The notes below the pieces were generated by a model. It was not told where the DNA came from and made no database searches. It saw only the letters and a program-made list of their open reading frames with translations. DNA of 63,416 nt, filler included, from Nemertoderma westbladi (Eukaryota > Animalia > Xenacoelomorpha), in assembly GCA_032718475.1 (NCBI GenBank). It is 3 parts of 3 records of this genome, joined end to end, with 100 filler letters (N's around TTAATTAATTAA, not from the genome) between each part and the next. Parts side by side here need not be neighbours in the genome. Positions count along the whole stretch, not along the records: positions 30,873 to 50,979 come from JAUCBJ010003805.1; 2 more parts are not named here. One strand, given 5' to 3'. Positions 37,301 through 51,079 of this stretch are shown here, piece by piece. Made by a program: the position numbers and the translations under genes. Position 1 is the stretch's first letter. Each line of letters opens with the position of its first letter.

Positions 37301-40300
37301 CGATTAGCTTAGGCTCCCTTACCTAACTCCCAGTCCACCTCTATCGATGGGTTATTCGATCTAGGTGCGGTTTTCCGTTATCATCCCTCATGCAAGCCCT
37401 AAACACCGGTAGTTATAGACAATCTATAAATCAATTCCTATCACAATCCAGCTATTTGTATGTCCCATATGCGCACCTACAATGCATAACTTATTCATAG
37501 GAAAACTTAGATGGATGAGCGATAAAATAACAAATGTATTATTGACCACAAAAATCAATTTCGGCATATTCGAAGCTCCCAAGAACCATATTACTATGCT
37601 ACGTAGTTTTCGATTGAATATCATTCTTCTTCATCGATGATAGTAGTAAAATGTGTTTCCACATCTGCTTAACAATGGCAAGTATTATTATACGCGAGTG
37701 TAAGTGCTCTTGGGAGGGGGTGGAAATGTGTAATTTATTTATTTACCATTGAGTTTTAAGAATCGTTGACAATTTTAAATATTATTATTATACATTTATT
37801 AGCGTTAATTCGTCACGATGATGGTTGAAATACTTTTCTTAAAAAGTATTATTGTTAGTGTATTTTTTGTGTAGATATGAACACGGAAACCCTAAACATA
37901 AATTACATTTTTCGCCAATCCTTTTACGGCCTTTATATAAGTATAAATTATCGAAGAAACAACATCGAGACTTGCGTAGCAGCAATACGTCCTTGACGAT
38001 TAAGTTTTACGATGTTTGTTGTCAACTAGGATCGTCTGGCGTCGTAGACGATCGAAAGGACTCCCTCTATTGGGTGCAATTAGAAAGGGATGCAATGCAG
38101 AATATATACTGTAGTAGAGACGTACCGGTAGACAACAGGCCTATATATTATGTGGACAGTAGGTGCAATTCTTTATTCTTGCAATTAAATCAAATACAAT
38201 CAAAGGCATAGAATTAAACTGTTGTTTCAATAGTTTTATATGCCAATGAAAATGGAATGAGATGGCAATAAAACACCTACAGTACCCCCCAGTATTGCCT
38301 CTATTTGGTTGAAAAAATATAGTGTTTATTGGATTAAAGGTTTCGACAAGGATGAAAGATCTACTTACCGATATTGGAATTTATGTCGTATTTTCAATGG
38401 TATCTTAATTGGATATAATTCATTAACTTTCTTACGGATGCACTATCGTTAATAACGCAAGTATTATTTATACAAGGCTTATTGAGTTGTGTGTTATGTA
38501 CAGGTAAATTATTTTGATTTAATCTCAGTGGTCGCTGGTCTAAAGAATATATATAATATATACACAAGCAATAAATTATTTTAATGATAGTGTTGACTGA
38601 CAATTGAGAATTGATATAATTTACCAAAATTAAATGTAGGTATTGGAAGATATTTTACCTTTCTATTTAATATGGATGATATCTGAGCCCACATTGCAAA
38701 TGTCTTTAACCAAAAGTCTATAACCGTTTGGTATTAATATATAACGCAATAACTTGGTCCATATGGCTTCGTTTGTTTAGGACCCAGTTAATTCCCTGGC
38801 TTATAATAATCGCAAACTAAAACGATCATCGTCTAACATTGACATTGACCCTCAACTCAAATGAGTCTATACAGATCATTGATCTTATTAGATTCTGTTT
38901 ATAAATTAACTAAGCATGTGAGTTAACGGTGTAAGTTGGTAATCCATATGACGGGAATTAGTTGTTGGGTCATAAGTAGCCATGATTGTTGTACTTTGTT
39001 GTATTCCCGTGATTGGTACCGGAAGCATATATCCTTGTAATCACAAAGGTTTGTCTTCTTCTATGTTTATATCGATTTGCTAACAACAATGTCTTGCCCT
39101 TTACTCTCAGCATTATTGTGTTCAATTTCACCGCGTCGCACCGTAGTGGTATAGAAATAGGTAATATAAAGTGAATTGCTGGTTATCCAAACCGGTCCTG
39201 ATATATTTTACTTATTGGTGTCCATTTTAATCCACTACCTTTTTTTTGTCATGAAAAGTTAAAATTGCAATAAAAATATTAATTTTGTTAAATTCAAAAC
39301 CTTCTCAATTTGTTAATTTTGTTAAATTTTGTTAATTTTCAGAAACATGGGTAATATTTGTGTTAGTTCGTTTGTTTGTTGCGCAATTTGGTGCAATGTT
39401 AGTAATAAATAATAACAAACATCAATTGAAGTAGATGAATTGATATCACCATTATATTTATTTTGAATGACAAATCCAACGCCGTTTTCATGATAAAACT
39501 ATTCAAGTAATAATGCTGAGATTGCGAGATTATAAGTCAAAAGTAATTTTCAAATCGTGTATTTTAATTCGTTTCCATGCCACAGTTTGCAAAGCGGAAG
39601 GCGCATTATAATAATTTAGTTTTACTGCTAAACGGAATGCTGAAACTCTGTATGTGTATAGCGTAGTTAATCTGTAAACCGTCCCTAATTGATTGACTGT
39701 CTGTGAATGGGGACGATTTTAATCCACCTAAAATACAAAATTATAATTATTATGCTTGGCTAAAACCCATGCAGCACCGCATTGCTCTTGATTAAAGACC
39801 GAAGGGAATTTTTGTGTGCAAGCGTTTCGGCGCGTGAGCCCGTGGGCCGGTGTGTCGTTGATTCCCAACTGTCGATCGGTTTGCGTGGAGTCGGCCGGTT
39901 AGGGACCGTAGAGAGATGGCCTGCTGCGTTCCTGATGCAAGAGCAGATTTACCGGATTTGCGCGAGAGATAAATCGCGATAATGCGACCGGCAACGGTTC
40001 ATTTCGGCATATTGATGATGGGGTTGCCAACTGAGGTAAAAGCATTGGGTGAGAGGGAGAGAGTAAGCCGGCTATACAGTGGGTAAGCGAGGTCGGATTA
40101 ACACGACTAGTCCCAGTAACGCCCCATCGAACTGACCTGCCGCTACCCCTACCTATACACACCCAGCATAGATAATGCTAGTACACCTCCGGGCTTTCAA
40201 TGATACGTGTTTGATGTGCAGAAATGGTACCCACCTTTATGACTTAAACTCGAAGCAACGAGCTCAGTTCTCGAGTTGTTAACCCTGGCCAGGTGAGGCG

Positions 40301-42239
40301 TGTTGAGAGTAGCTAAGCTCTTTATTCTGAAATATGGGGATTAATAAAGCGATCTTTGCTGTTCAGAAAGTGGTAATGTAAGAATGTAACTTTATTTTAT
40401 TAAATTACTTTATTCCCACCTTCAGGCCATTTTTCTATGAGCTGGATATGCATAACTCTAACGCGATAACCGAGGAATTTTGAAGATAGATTGTATTGAT
40501 TTTAGGTAATTTAATTAACGTAGTTGATTTTATATAAAAATCATCATTCTTCATTCCTCCTCATTCTTGTGATGTAATGCTTCAAACAACTAATTTCAAA
40601 TATTATATATATATTTTATAAATATAATATTCAATCAACTTATTTTCGGAAAACAAGCAAAAAAAAACAATTAAAATTAAGCACAGACAGTATGGAGTAC
40701 TGACTGACATATTGAACCGGTCCGACCACTGTTGAATGAATGTCATAGACGCATGGGCAGGAATCATCACCTTGTATCAGGAAAACCTGCGGATATATAT
40801 TTGAAAGGCGTCAAAAACACAGTAGGGAGCTGCAGTGCTCTGTAGTAGTTTTAACGCAAATAGTCGTCATTCGATTCCACCAAATCAATGAAACTTTTGT
40901 TCCTGTAACACGCGCCATGTCTGCGATTCAGTTTATTGTGTCCACGTTTAATATCGAGGACAAAGAATACTCGCGAACAATAAACGGTAACACCTTTAGG
41001 CAGCAACACTTCAGCTCCTCTTCAAGTATACAATTTAACTTTACACATATTGAGATCGAGGTAATTATGTTAAATTCTTTGTGTCTTTAAAAGTGAGCGG
41101 CTTTGATTGACGTAGGAGAGGAGACATAGTTCATCCTATTAGCACAAGACAATAGTCCGCCCTTCCTCTGTCGAAGAAAGCGGCCCACAGAGGGCCTATC
41201 CTTTGTTGCAAAGGTGTCAACTCATTGTGTTGTTGCCGCACACCCCTACAACCGAATTAAGATTCAGGCCTGCATTCCTTGCTACTGTAGACTGAATTCA
41301 CAAATTATCTTCTATAGTTGGTTAGAGATTTTGAAATGAGTTGATGCTTCAATAAAGGAGCCTTTCGGCCCTACCGTACTGCTCTATGTATCGGTTATGT
41401 TTGGTAACTCCACGCGACTGTTATTCGGCTATGGGGTTGTGTATAGCTTAGGGCTAACATTGTCACATATCAGGAAGCAAGTCCGTCCATATCCGGTTCA
41501 GGCGTGTAGGCACTCCAAGCGAATTCGAGTTTTCTATGCCGTTGTTTCTTAGTATCTAAACGTGGTGAGTCGTGGGTTCTTCTAGGGTTGTTTTTGTACC
41601 TCTATTTGCTGTGATAATATTGTTCCAACACGCCGATGGTAATAGGTTCTTCAGATTGACTGGTAACAGTATCAGACCTATAAGTATAACTATAATGACT
41701 GAGACCTGCGTTGCGTTTAGTATAATCTTACGCATGACTAAATCCAGCTTGCTTTAAATGATACAAACTAATGAGACCTGCCTTTCAAACCCTTTTTACA
41801 AATTATGTGTGCTCAAGTAAATTGTGTTTAATGGTTGACTTAGCAAATGTTTGTGCATATAGCAGAATAAAGGCCGGCTCCCAGAAGTGTATCCATAATC
41901 TCTATGAGATACTTTGTTACAGTTGAAGATGTCATTTGGAAGGTAATTATCCGGGGCCGGATGGAACCTTCGTCACTGGGCGCAACCACTGTATAATGGT
42001 CTCAGCAATATACTTTTGCAAGTATTAGTTATTTATTATTGACAGAATTCTTATAGGAGTACATTTACTTATTAAAAGCTTATTCATATTAATTACCCTC
42101 TAAACATTTTCAAACTAAAATTACAATAGATATGCGAGCCTGGGGGTCGGGTGGGGTGATGGTGTGGGGGGGGGGGGGGGGGGGTGAAGCTGTTCTTTGC
42201 CGCAGCAGTATGGTTGGGTGCAATCTTCTCCCGCGTCCA

Positions 42240-42445
42240 CTACTACTACTACTACTACGATCGGCATGCTGCATTGCAGCTGCATTATATATATATTATA
42301 TATATTTTAATAATGCTGTGCCGGCTTGCCGACAAAATTGCGCCGCCACAACTCCCATCCCATGATATTTGCTAGATCATCAGCATCTTCAAGGCCAATG
42401 TCCTTTAAGCTGCGTCTCTAGAAAGTCATGGGCTGTCCACTAAGC
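42240..42445 (-). mobile_element. 5'-truncated 3' end of the RTE-type LINE family with (GTA)n tail
   Basis: High similarity to 54664-54845 and 62018-62285. Confidence 0.88.
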
Positions 42446-43161
42446 TTCTGGCAACCGCGTGTCCAACCATCGCCCATAGGAAGTCTTCGTCCGCGTCCAA
42501 ACTTCGTCCGATTGTAGGGAAAGGAGCAGGTTCCAAAGTCGAATTTTTCTAACCAAAACATTAAACCACGTTGTTAACACTCATTTTGAGGGCGAAGATT
42601 AGTGCGGGTGAAGTGTGCTGCTTCCCCGCAGTATGATCCCATACAGACAATAGCTAATCCGTCACTGTAATTACCCCGACTTTTACTAGTAAAGTATTTC
42701 CAACTTTCTATTCACTTTCTAGTCACTAAGTCCGATCCTTCATTTATATTGTATTAAAATTATGTGTAACGCGCTGCCCTATTGACCATTTTTGCTTTTA
42801 TTTCGTAGCTCTAAAAAAGTTTGCATAATATTATACTTATTGCCTTCAATATGTGTGAAATTTAATTTAATTTTTTATAAATATTATCCACACTGTTAGA
42901 CCTCCTGAGATACTGATAGAGCTCAGCTTAGTTATGACTGGACCATTTTAATGTTAGTCTGCTAAAAAGTAAAAGTAAATTTTTTGTCTTTTAGGCCAGT
43001 GTTAATTTTTCGTCTTTTACGCACAATGTCTTACGACATTTTTCCTGCCCCCCCCCCCCCCCCCAGAATTGTACTCCCCAGAGAAAACTGATACGGATGC
43101 AAGGAAGATATGCGCCCTGACTAGTCAATTGGAAGCATTCATGCTGAAATTAAATCTGCCC

Positions 43162-43197
43162 TGGCCCCCATGCGGTGATCGAACCCACATCCTTCAC
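43162..43197 (-). pseudogene. tRNA-derived 3'-half fragment (tRNA pseudogene or SINE piece)
   Basis: Minus strand gtgaaggatgtgggttcgatcaccgcatgggggcca has a B-box GGTTCGATC and resembles the 3' half of tRNA-Ile; no 5' half. Confidence 0.4.
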
Positions 43198-46100
43198 GCC
43201 CACAACATCGGAGAGATATGAATTTAAGGCAGATTTAACGACTACGATAGAGAGGGACTATGCTGTCTATAATAATTCATATTGATAATGTTATATGTGA
43301 CATTAATACATTAGATAATTAAAAGTGTGTTGTGAATGCATCTGCATGTTTCTAACCAAAACTATAAACGAGAGTAAAGAACAAACAACTTGTTTTTAGC
43401 GTCGCCTATCTGCCATTTATTTCTAATTCCGTAAATTTATCCTGGATTGGAGTCACCACCCTATATCTGATACATACTATACTGTGTATAATTTAGATAT
43501 ACTATATAGAAGCACTCCGTCTCGCTAGCATTTTGTAATTCTAATATCATATCGAATCGAAGTATCACATCATGTCTTGTTACCTGGAAATGTGAAATGT
43601 GGTGCAATCGAAAATTTTATATATTTTATTCTTCCCAATGTAATTTAATAATAAGTCGATTTCCTGGGAATTTTGTGGATTTTCAGGTTTTAAAATCAAA
43701 TGGAAGGATTTTGAAATAATACAGATTTGGAATTAAACAGTTCACTGAAAATTTGTCGTGACACCTATAATATATAATATTAAAAAATTTCAAAAACTGT
43801 GCGACCATGTGTTTGTTAATTTTTCTTTATTTTATTAAGGACATTTACTATAACGATATGACTCAGTGAAATCACATTGATAGCAATACAATAGTATATG
43901 GTAGTTTTCTTTAAAAAATTATGTAATTATTTGAATGATAAACTAAATCTGGGATAACCAGATGGTAAATCACTACAAAAAAATAACAGCATAATTCTTT
44001 GAAAGAAATCGCATTTGATTCGGTGTGATCATAACAGCCCGGGAAGGCCACAATAAAACAAAATACATTCTATTTTGATAGGAATGGTATGTAAATATTT
44101 TTTTGGTTTTGAAATGTTGTCTTTGAATAAAGCACGTGAAGGAGCAGCACATGATCGGTTTATCGCGCCAGCGGGTTGTAAAATGCATTTTTTTGAAGGG
44201 GGCGAGGATCCTGTTATCGGTTGTGAGACGAGGCCAGCAGGTACGACAGCCCATGTTTGGTACCGGTAGCAAGTTTAATCGCGATTGAAAAGAGCCTCTC
44301 CCGAACCACTCAGAGTGGCCTACCTACAACTGCGAGCGGTTGGAATCCCGCGCAATCTGTGTGGATCCCCGTGGGTGCTGCCCCGTCGCTGGGTATAGAT
44401 AACTCAAGAACGTCTCCCCCTTTTAGAGGAGAAATCCACTCATGAAACCTCCTCAGTCCTCCGACCCATTTACATCCCCTCTGTTACCTACAATTATCTC
44501 TGGCTCAGTTATCACAGCATGTAGTCTCTTGAAATAGTAATATTGTCCACTCTCCATATATATCATAATGAACTGTATGAAAAATTGCAAACTGGATGAT
44601 AAAATTATCTTTTGTGAAACAGTATGATTACTCAACACGACATAACATACGTAGCAAACATAATATAATATATATTTCAAATCCAACTAATACATGAATG
44701 TTTAAGTGCTTGTGAACGCATTCGTGTAATGATTAATCTAATCTCCCTTGCCTTCGTTCTATTTGAAGAGGACGGGCTTTGCTGCTGCAGCTATGGAAAT
44801 GTTATTTTTCATTTTCTGTCACCTGCGTCGAAATGAGCAGGAAGCGATAAGACTAATAATGATATGAAGGCCAACTGCTATATATTGAGGAGCAATCTTA
44901 GAATGATTATTGGTTGCAAAGAGATAAAGGGCCTGTTGTGTCGCCTGTATCAGCTGTTTTGATGTCCTGCACTTGGTTTCTGGTCATTTGCCTTCCAGCA
45001 AATACTGTTTACAGTAGAGCCACAAAAATCTAAATCTGCACCACCCAAAGTGCATGTCCACCAATCTCTTTATGAATCCTGGCCTGTAAACTGTTTGCAA
45101 TGCTCAAAAGCCCAAGGAGAAAGGCTCCATCAATGGTCTGTGATAGCTGGCCAATAACTTTGTCTCATACATATTCTGCTACGATTCGGATTTTGGAGTG
45201 CAACTGTGCTCTTCTTCATGGCTGGCCTTGATACAACAAAGCTGGTGTTTGTGTTACAGGACACGCTACAATAGCGGTGAACTGTATTCTTTGCTCAGTA
45301 GGAGGTGTTCGTCTTTACAAAGCAAATGAGCGCAACTATTTAGCCTTGAGGGACCAGTGGCCTCTCTGTTTTCATCTATTGTTGTGAAATTGCTCAAAAG
45401 GAATTTTTATATTTATAGGCTGCAGTCATTCAACCGATTATTAAATTAAATAATTTTAAGCGTTAGCTTTCAAAAAATATATAACGAAATTCACCAAACT
45501 TTATTCTACTTTCATTTTCCTAACCAATATGCCTTGATTTGTTAGATTAACATTTCATGTACATTTTGAGCCAATAATGTAATAGCGGCGTATTAAACAT
45601 ACAGTTACTGTCAAACTGAAGAATTAGTTATGTTGAATTTCTTCTTAACTTGCTAAATCACGAGACTTTCAACTAAACTGAGACTTCAAAATATTGAAGT
45701 TCCATATGAAGAATGATTTGGTTACCCCCATTAGTCTTTGTCTTGCGCATAAACACAGCGCTCATAGATTCTTTGCGTTATTCATTAAAGAAATTTAATG
45801 GGTTGCGCTACCATGAAAAGCGGCGGTGTATACAGAAGTAATAGGGGCGGTTTGTTTGGCCACAGTGCGTAGAAGATTGCTTATTAACGCGGCGTAATAG
45901 ACGGACTTGGAGATCTGCTCGGGAGAACAGCTGCACAGTTTCTTGGATTGGACAGCAAGTAGAAGTATACGCGGTCGATACCCCTTCATACCACTGTGAT
46001 CGATAACCCCCCCTCCCTCCCCCCATCCCCTACGATCCCCATTTATTACTCACCCAAACATATTTTCCATTTGGCTAACTCCAACGGTCACATTTTGCGA

Positions 46101-49100
46101 AATTTCAATAACTAATTTCTTAGTCAATATCTATAATATGGATTTGGATATGTTCTTTGTCATGACGACTATTTAATGATAAATCATATATAGGTATTAC
46201 ACCGAGTAAGTCTCGACACGCTGTTATCAATTTTGTAGACGGTTAAATCAATTTTATTGTCGTTGCTTAGATTGAAGAAATGAATATAACCTTAAATGGA
46301 TGTCTCCAGCGACGTCCCTTTTTAAAATCAATTGTTTTGTCAATACGGAATTGTAACTCAGCCACGGGTTACGTATTTTACAAACGTCGACGTGTTGCAG
46401 TGATAGGAATGGATCGAACCTCCCATCTCTGGTTTATGGATCGGGATACTCCCTTGTTCCCCAGGAGGACCCTAGTTATGGATTGCTATCTTAGCCTTGA
46501 ACATTAATCCATAAAGTTGAATGATAATGTGTAGCTTGTCAATAATACTTGTTAAGTAATGATTTTGATATTCTATTGCCAATAAAAAAACAAAACATAC
46601 ACTAGCATTGAATTGAATCGCACATGATACTAAAGTATGCCGTATGGTGCATGGTATGCGGTGTTTGTACCATAAAGTAAGGGATGAGGTGTCTTATGCT
46701 GCCACATAGCAGCTCTACTGCTTTACGGAATAAATTTACTTTCAGACATTTGTTTCTGGTGTTTAATGCCGACCACGCCTTGCTTATTTCGTAGTCCGAA
46801 GTCCTCAGCAGATCTCATAATGCAAGATCAAAGGCAGCAGAAGTTTTTTAGATTCCTGCAAGACCCTCTGATGGGAATCCAAATTCACAGTCAGAATTTT
46901 GGTCTTTGTAACATGTAAATGACATTCGATGTAGACTAGCTTGCCTCTTCACTGCTGAGTAGTCTTTGGGCACTATACATTATATCGGAGAGTAAACCTA
47001 TATCGTTAGAAAAGTAGAGGTCCGTTAAATTTATTGGGTGTTTTCACTTAAATATCAATTAAGTGAATGGTGCTGGTTGCAGTGGCACATAATTATAACC
47101 AAAACAATAAAGAGAGTCAATAATAGACATGTTACAGTTTCATATTTGGCGTTAAACTGCTGTGTTATTTTCTTCGAAGTCCTCCCGATGAAATTTGATT
47201 GAGTCTATAAAAAAATCCCACCCCCCCCCCCCCCCCCCCTTTAACCTTTTACCTTTTAGCCACCCAGATTTTGGGAAACAAAGTTTAGGTTCAGGTCCGA
47301 AATCAACCATTATTATTGCTGAGCTTGTTATTGACAATGACATCTATCCCTGAATATCGCCACTACTTTGTAGAATAGGACACCCATTTGTGAAACTGGA
47401 CAGTATTTTGTCCCATTATATATCAATATATCTGCCTCATTGCACGATTATTTTAAACTTCACTGACTACGCGACGGTGGGAGTCATAGACTCTCCAATT
47501 ACTTCGGCATCTGGACACGGATATTCCGGAAGGATGACTGGGGTTGTCGCACTCCAGATGCCACGCGACCAATCGCCCCACGGACACGGTATGTAGGCGC
47601 CGGTTGTTGCATCCAACCTCACAAGCATACCGGTAGGCCTATAGAGGCAGTCCTGATTGATTTGCGCTGATTGCGGACAGCCTATACTTTCCTGTTTATC
47701 GACAAAAGACTTCATTGTAGTCGAAACATAGAACCGTGTACCGAGGGCGTGGAAATTATGTGGCCGCGTGGCCAATCTATCTTCGGGTACTTGGACCTAC
47801 GATAGGGCCGGGGCTCAACAGTAGGCCTACGCTACCATACTGCTCTGTAGCCAGCCGTGGCCACTACGGCATCCGGTGCTATGTGTGGGAAACTAAAATA
47901 ACTGTATTACTAGTTTGACGTATGTTTATGTAACCTATTGTTGATAGCCATCAATTAAAAATAAAAAAAAATTGACACAAAATGACATACAGTTTAGAAT
48001 CTTAAATAACTAGGTTGGATAAATGGATACAAAAAGTCGACAATAAATGGGCTGATATATGTGGATGCAATATTCTGTAAGAGTTATGTGAACAATAAAC
48101 ATACTCATATATTGTATTCATAGCGTAGTGTTTACTCGCCCCAGACTAAAAAAATACAATATATAAATAATTAGTACGTCATATTTGTAGTTTCTCCCAC
48201 CAGACTATTATAGTTTTACATTCTTTTACGACCGTTTTAAATAAATTAGCATCCGGTGAGCAATATATTAAGCACGTCATAAATAACCATTTCGACAGGT
48301 AAACGGTGCCGTTTATTGGCTTTCAAAAACATGTGGAATGGAATAGACAATAGGACAGAAAAATCTAGCATTGCAATGGCTACAAAATCAAAACCCTTAT
48401 TTATTTTATGAGCAGGGGCCTTTTGATATAACAACTCAATTATTGACAGTTACAATGTTGGCTGTAGGATAATTGGTAGCGAGAGCAGCCTGAGGCTAGA
48501 CTAGGATGGGGAATGGGTAAAAATGGTCACCCTGGGGTGGGTGCTTGAAATGCACAATGTAAGAACACGAACAAAGGGACCCTACTAAGGTTAATACAAC
48601 CTTATTGACCATATAATCGCTGTAACTAGACGCTACATGGTGTCTCACTAAGAACGAGGCCATTTTTAATCCATTCTATAGTGTAGCCAAAATGAATATC
48701 TGATCACCAACTGTGTAGGAATTTTGGAAGATAGATAATATCGCCCTAAGGTACAGGATACATCTTACGTGTTCACGGGCGCATCCACCCGATTAAATCG
48801 ATTGCCAGTGCACTAGAGAGTCAGATCACAATTATTTTCAAGAATAACAAATAAGTAATAATAACAAGATGCTTCTGAAACTGAATGCTCTAAATTCCAC
48901 TGAGTCACCCCAAATCCTATGAAATACATATATTTATAAAACACAATATTGCGGACTGCAGCTGATTACTTTCATTCATTAACATTCTGAAAATATTAGC
49001 AAGCAAGTTACAACAAGGTACAATAAGGTAGATACAACAAGGTATTATTATAATATAATTATTTAGATTGGAATAAAATTTATATTATAGTGTTTAACCT

Positions 49101-49104
49101 GAAA

Positions 49105-50003
49105 TATCATGGACAACAAGGTACATATTAAATAAAATTTCCCGCTCAGCTGGTTTTTTCTATAAGTTAAGACATATCTTCCCATCCCAGATCCTTCGTA
49201 TGCTGTACTTCACTTTGATCAATCCATACATTAATTATGGTATATAGGCATGGGGTGTCGCCGGTAGTACTGTTCTCCGACCTATTCGAATTAAAATAAA
49301 TCAAATTATTCGCTGTCTAACCTTCAGTCACTACCGTTCATCCTCCATACCAATATATAAATATCTCAATACATTACCTTTACAATCGCTATTCAACTAC
49401 AGTACCAGTTAGGCCAACTAATGTACGATATATCCAACAACCCTAAACATCCTCTTTCTCATCTATTTACAACTTTCTCTGAGATTCATCGTTACAACAC
49501 TAGGTCGGCAGCTGCAGGCAAATACGTCATACCATTAACACGGCTGAATGTGGCTCATGAGTCTATTGCTGTTTTGGATGCTTCTTTTTGGAATAACTTA
49601 CCAAGTTCATTAACAACTTCAACAACAAAAAATATATTAAAAAAACAATTGAAGACATTCTTAATAGATTATAACACGATTTAATCATTTTTCTTTTTTT
49701 TAGGACTACATGATTTACATAAAATTTAATTAAAAATTAAATTAAAATAAAAACAAAATTTATGAAGACACAAATCAACAAGGCAACTCGATATTACATA
49801 TAGTAAATGACTACTTTTTTATTACTTCTACTATATTATATATTATACGGTGCAATGCAATACCTCATAAACATATTCATTTTAATAACCCGAGTAACAG
49901 ATTTACAGTATAATATTCTTTAATTATATTTACAGTATTTAGGGGGTGGCTGTCGGCCTCGACTGGCATTGCCATTGCAAACAGTCACTACCCCCATAAT
50001 AAA
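49105..50003 (+). mobile_element. L2/Crack-group LINE 3' fragment with 3' UTR
   Basis: KISRSAGFFYKLRH..LYFTLINPYINYGI*AWG..HRYNTRSA..FWNNLPSSL..KKQLK; terminal hairpin gggggtggctgt...acagtcactaccccc followed by aataaa. Confidence 0.85.
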
Positions 50004-50979
50004 TCGTCGTTAGGTGACGATCAAGTGCAATTTCTTATCATAATAATTACCATTATACAAACTTGAACTTGTAAGCACCGAGATAGCTATTAAAATGTTT
50101 AAAATTCTTTAGTTATACATCTATTAAAATGAAACTGCGAAATCAATTCATAATGATTTTACATAATAACATTAAAAAGCCAAACGACGCTTTTTAATTA
50201 AAATTCGATTTGCAGGTAAATAATAGTGTCAATGTAGTGTATGAGATAAAAAACGTATCGAAGAAACTAACTCTTTGTATCGCCTGTGTATATTGTATAT
50301 TGAGTATAACATTATACCGCGTGTTTTACTTTATAGGTCTGGTGAGGATGCCTTATATGGGCTGTGAGAACCCAGTGTTATATATTTATTTTGTATATAG
50401 TCTTTTAACCGCTATACGAAGCTAGTATTACCAATTTCCCATTTCTATCGAATCCCAAACCACCCCCCCCCCCCCCCCCCCTCAAATCCCTATCTTCCCG
50501 CTTGACGCCATCCAATACTTCAAGTCGCTGCAGTTGGGCTCCACTAGCTATGCTATTTCCTCAACTGCAGCGGCGTACTTAAAACATTAATTATACTTAT
50601 GTGCAATTTGTTATGTAGTATTGGAAGAAAGAAAGAAATATGTTAATGTTAATGTTATACATCCGGTTTAGGTAGATGGCCAATTATTTTCATGTTCCAG
50701 TCTATATGTTTTTACCAGCACACCGGTACAGTATGTACATTGTTTGTACTCCGTTACCGGTACAGTCAGTACATTTTTTGTGAACCTTTACAATCGGACC
50801 TCATGCGTAACAATCTAGGTAGCCTTACATTCAAATAATCACTATCAGTTATTACAGTAGAGTAATACAATTTAATGTATATAACAATAAATTTGTTATA
50901 ATATATAAATTGTTATCCAAAAATTAAAACATTTCTTTCATATTTCAGTTTCAACTTCGTCAAAAAAAGTTAAACTTTT

Positions 50980-51079
50980 NNNNNNNNNNNNNNNNNNNNN
51001 NNNNNNNNNNNNNNNNNNNNNNNTTAATTAATTAANNNNNNNNNNNNNNNNNNNNNNNNNNNNNNNNNNNNNNNNNNNN
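50980..51079. other. Assembly gap with TTAATTAATTAA linker
   Basis: N-run with a central linker. Confidence 0.95.

Noticed and set aside
44900-45370. Coding-like stretch, possibly a decayed transposon gene on the minus strand (PFSLG..KRLVDM)
   Set aside because: Too many stops and frameshifts to assign without a profile search
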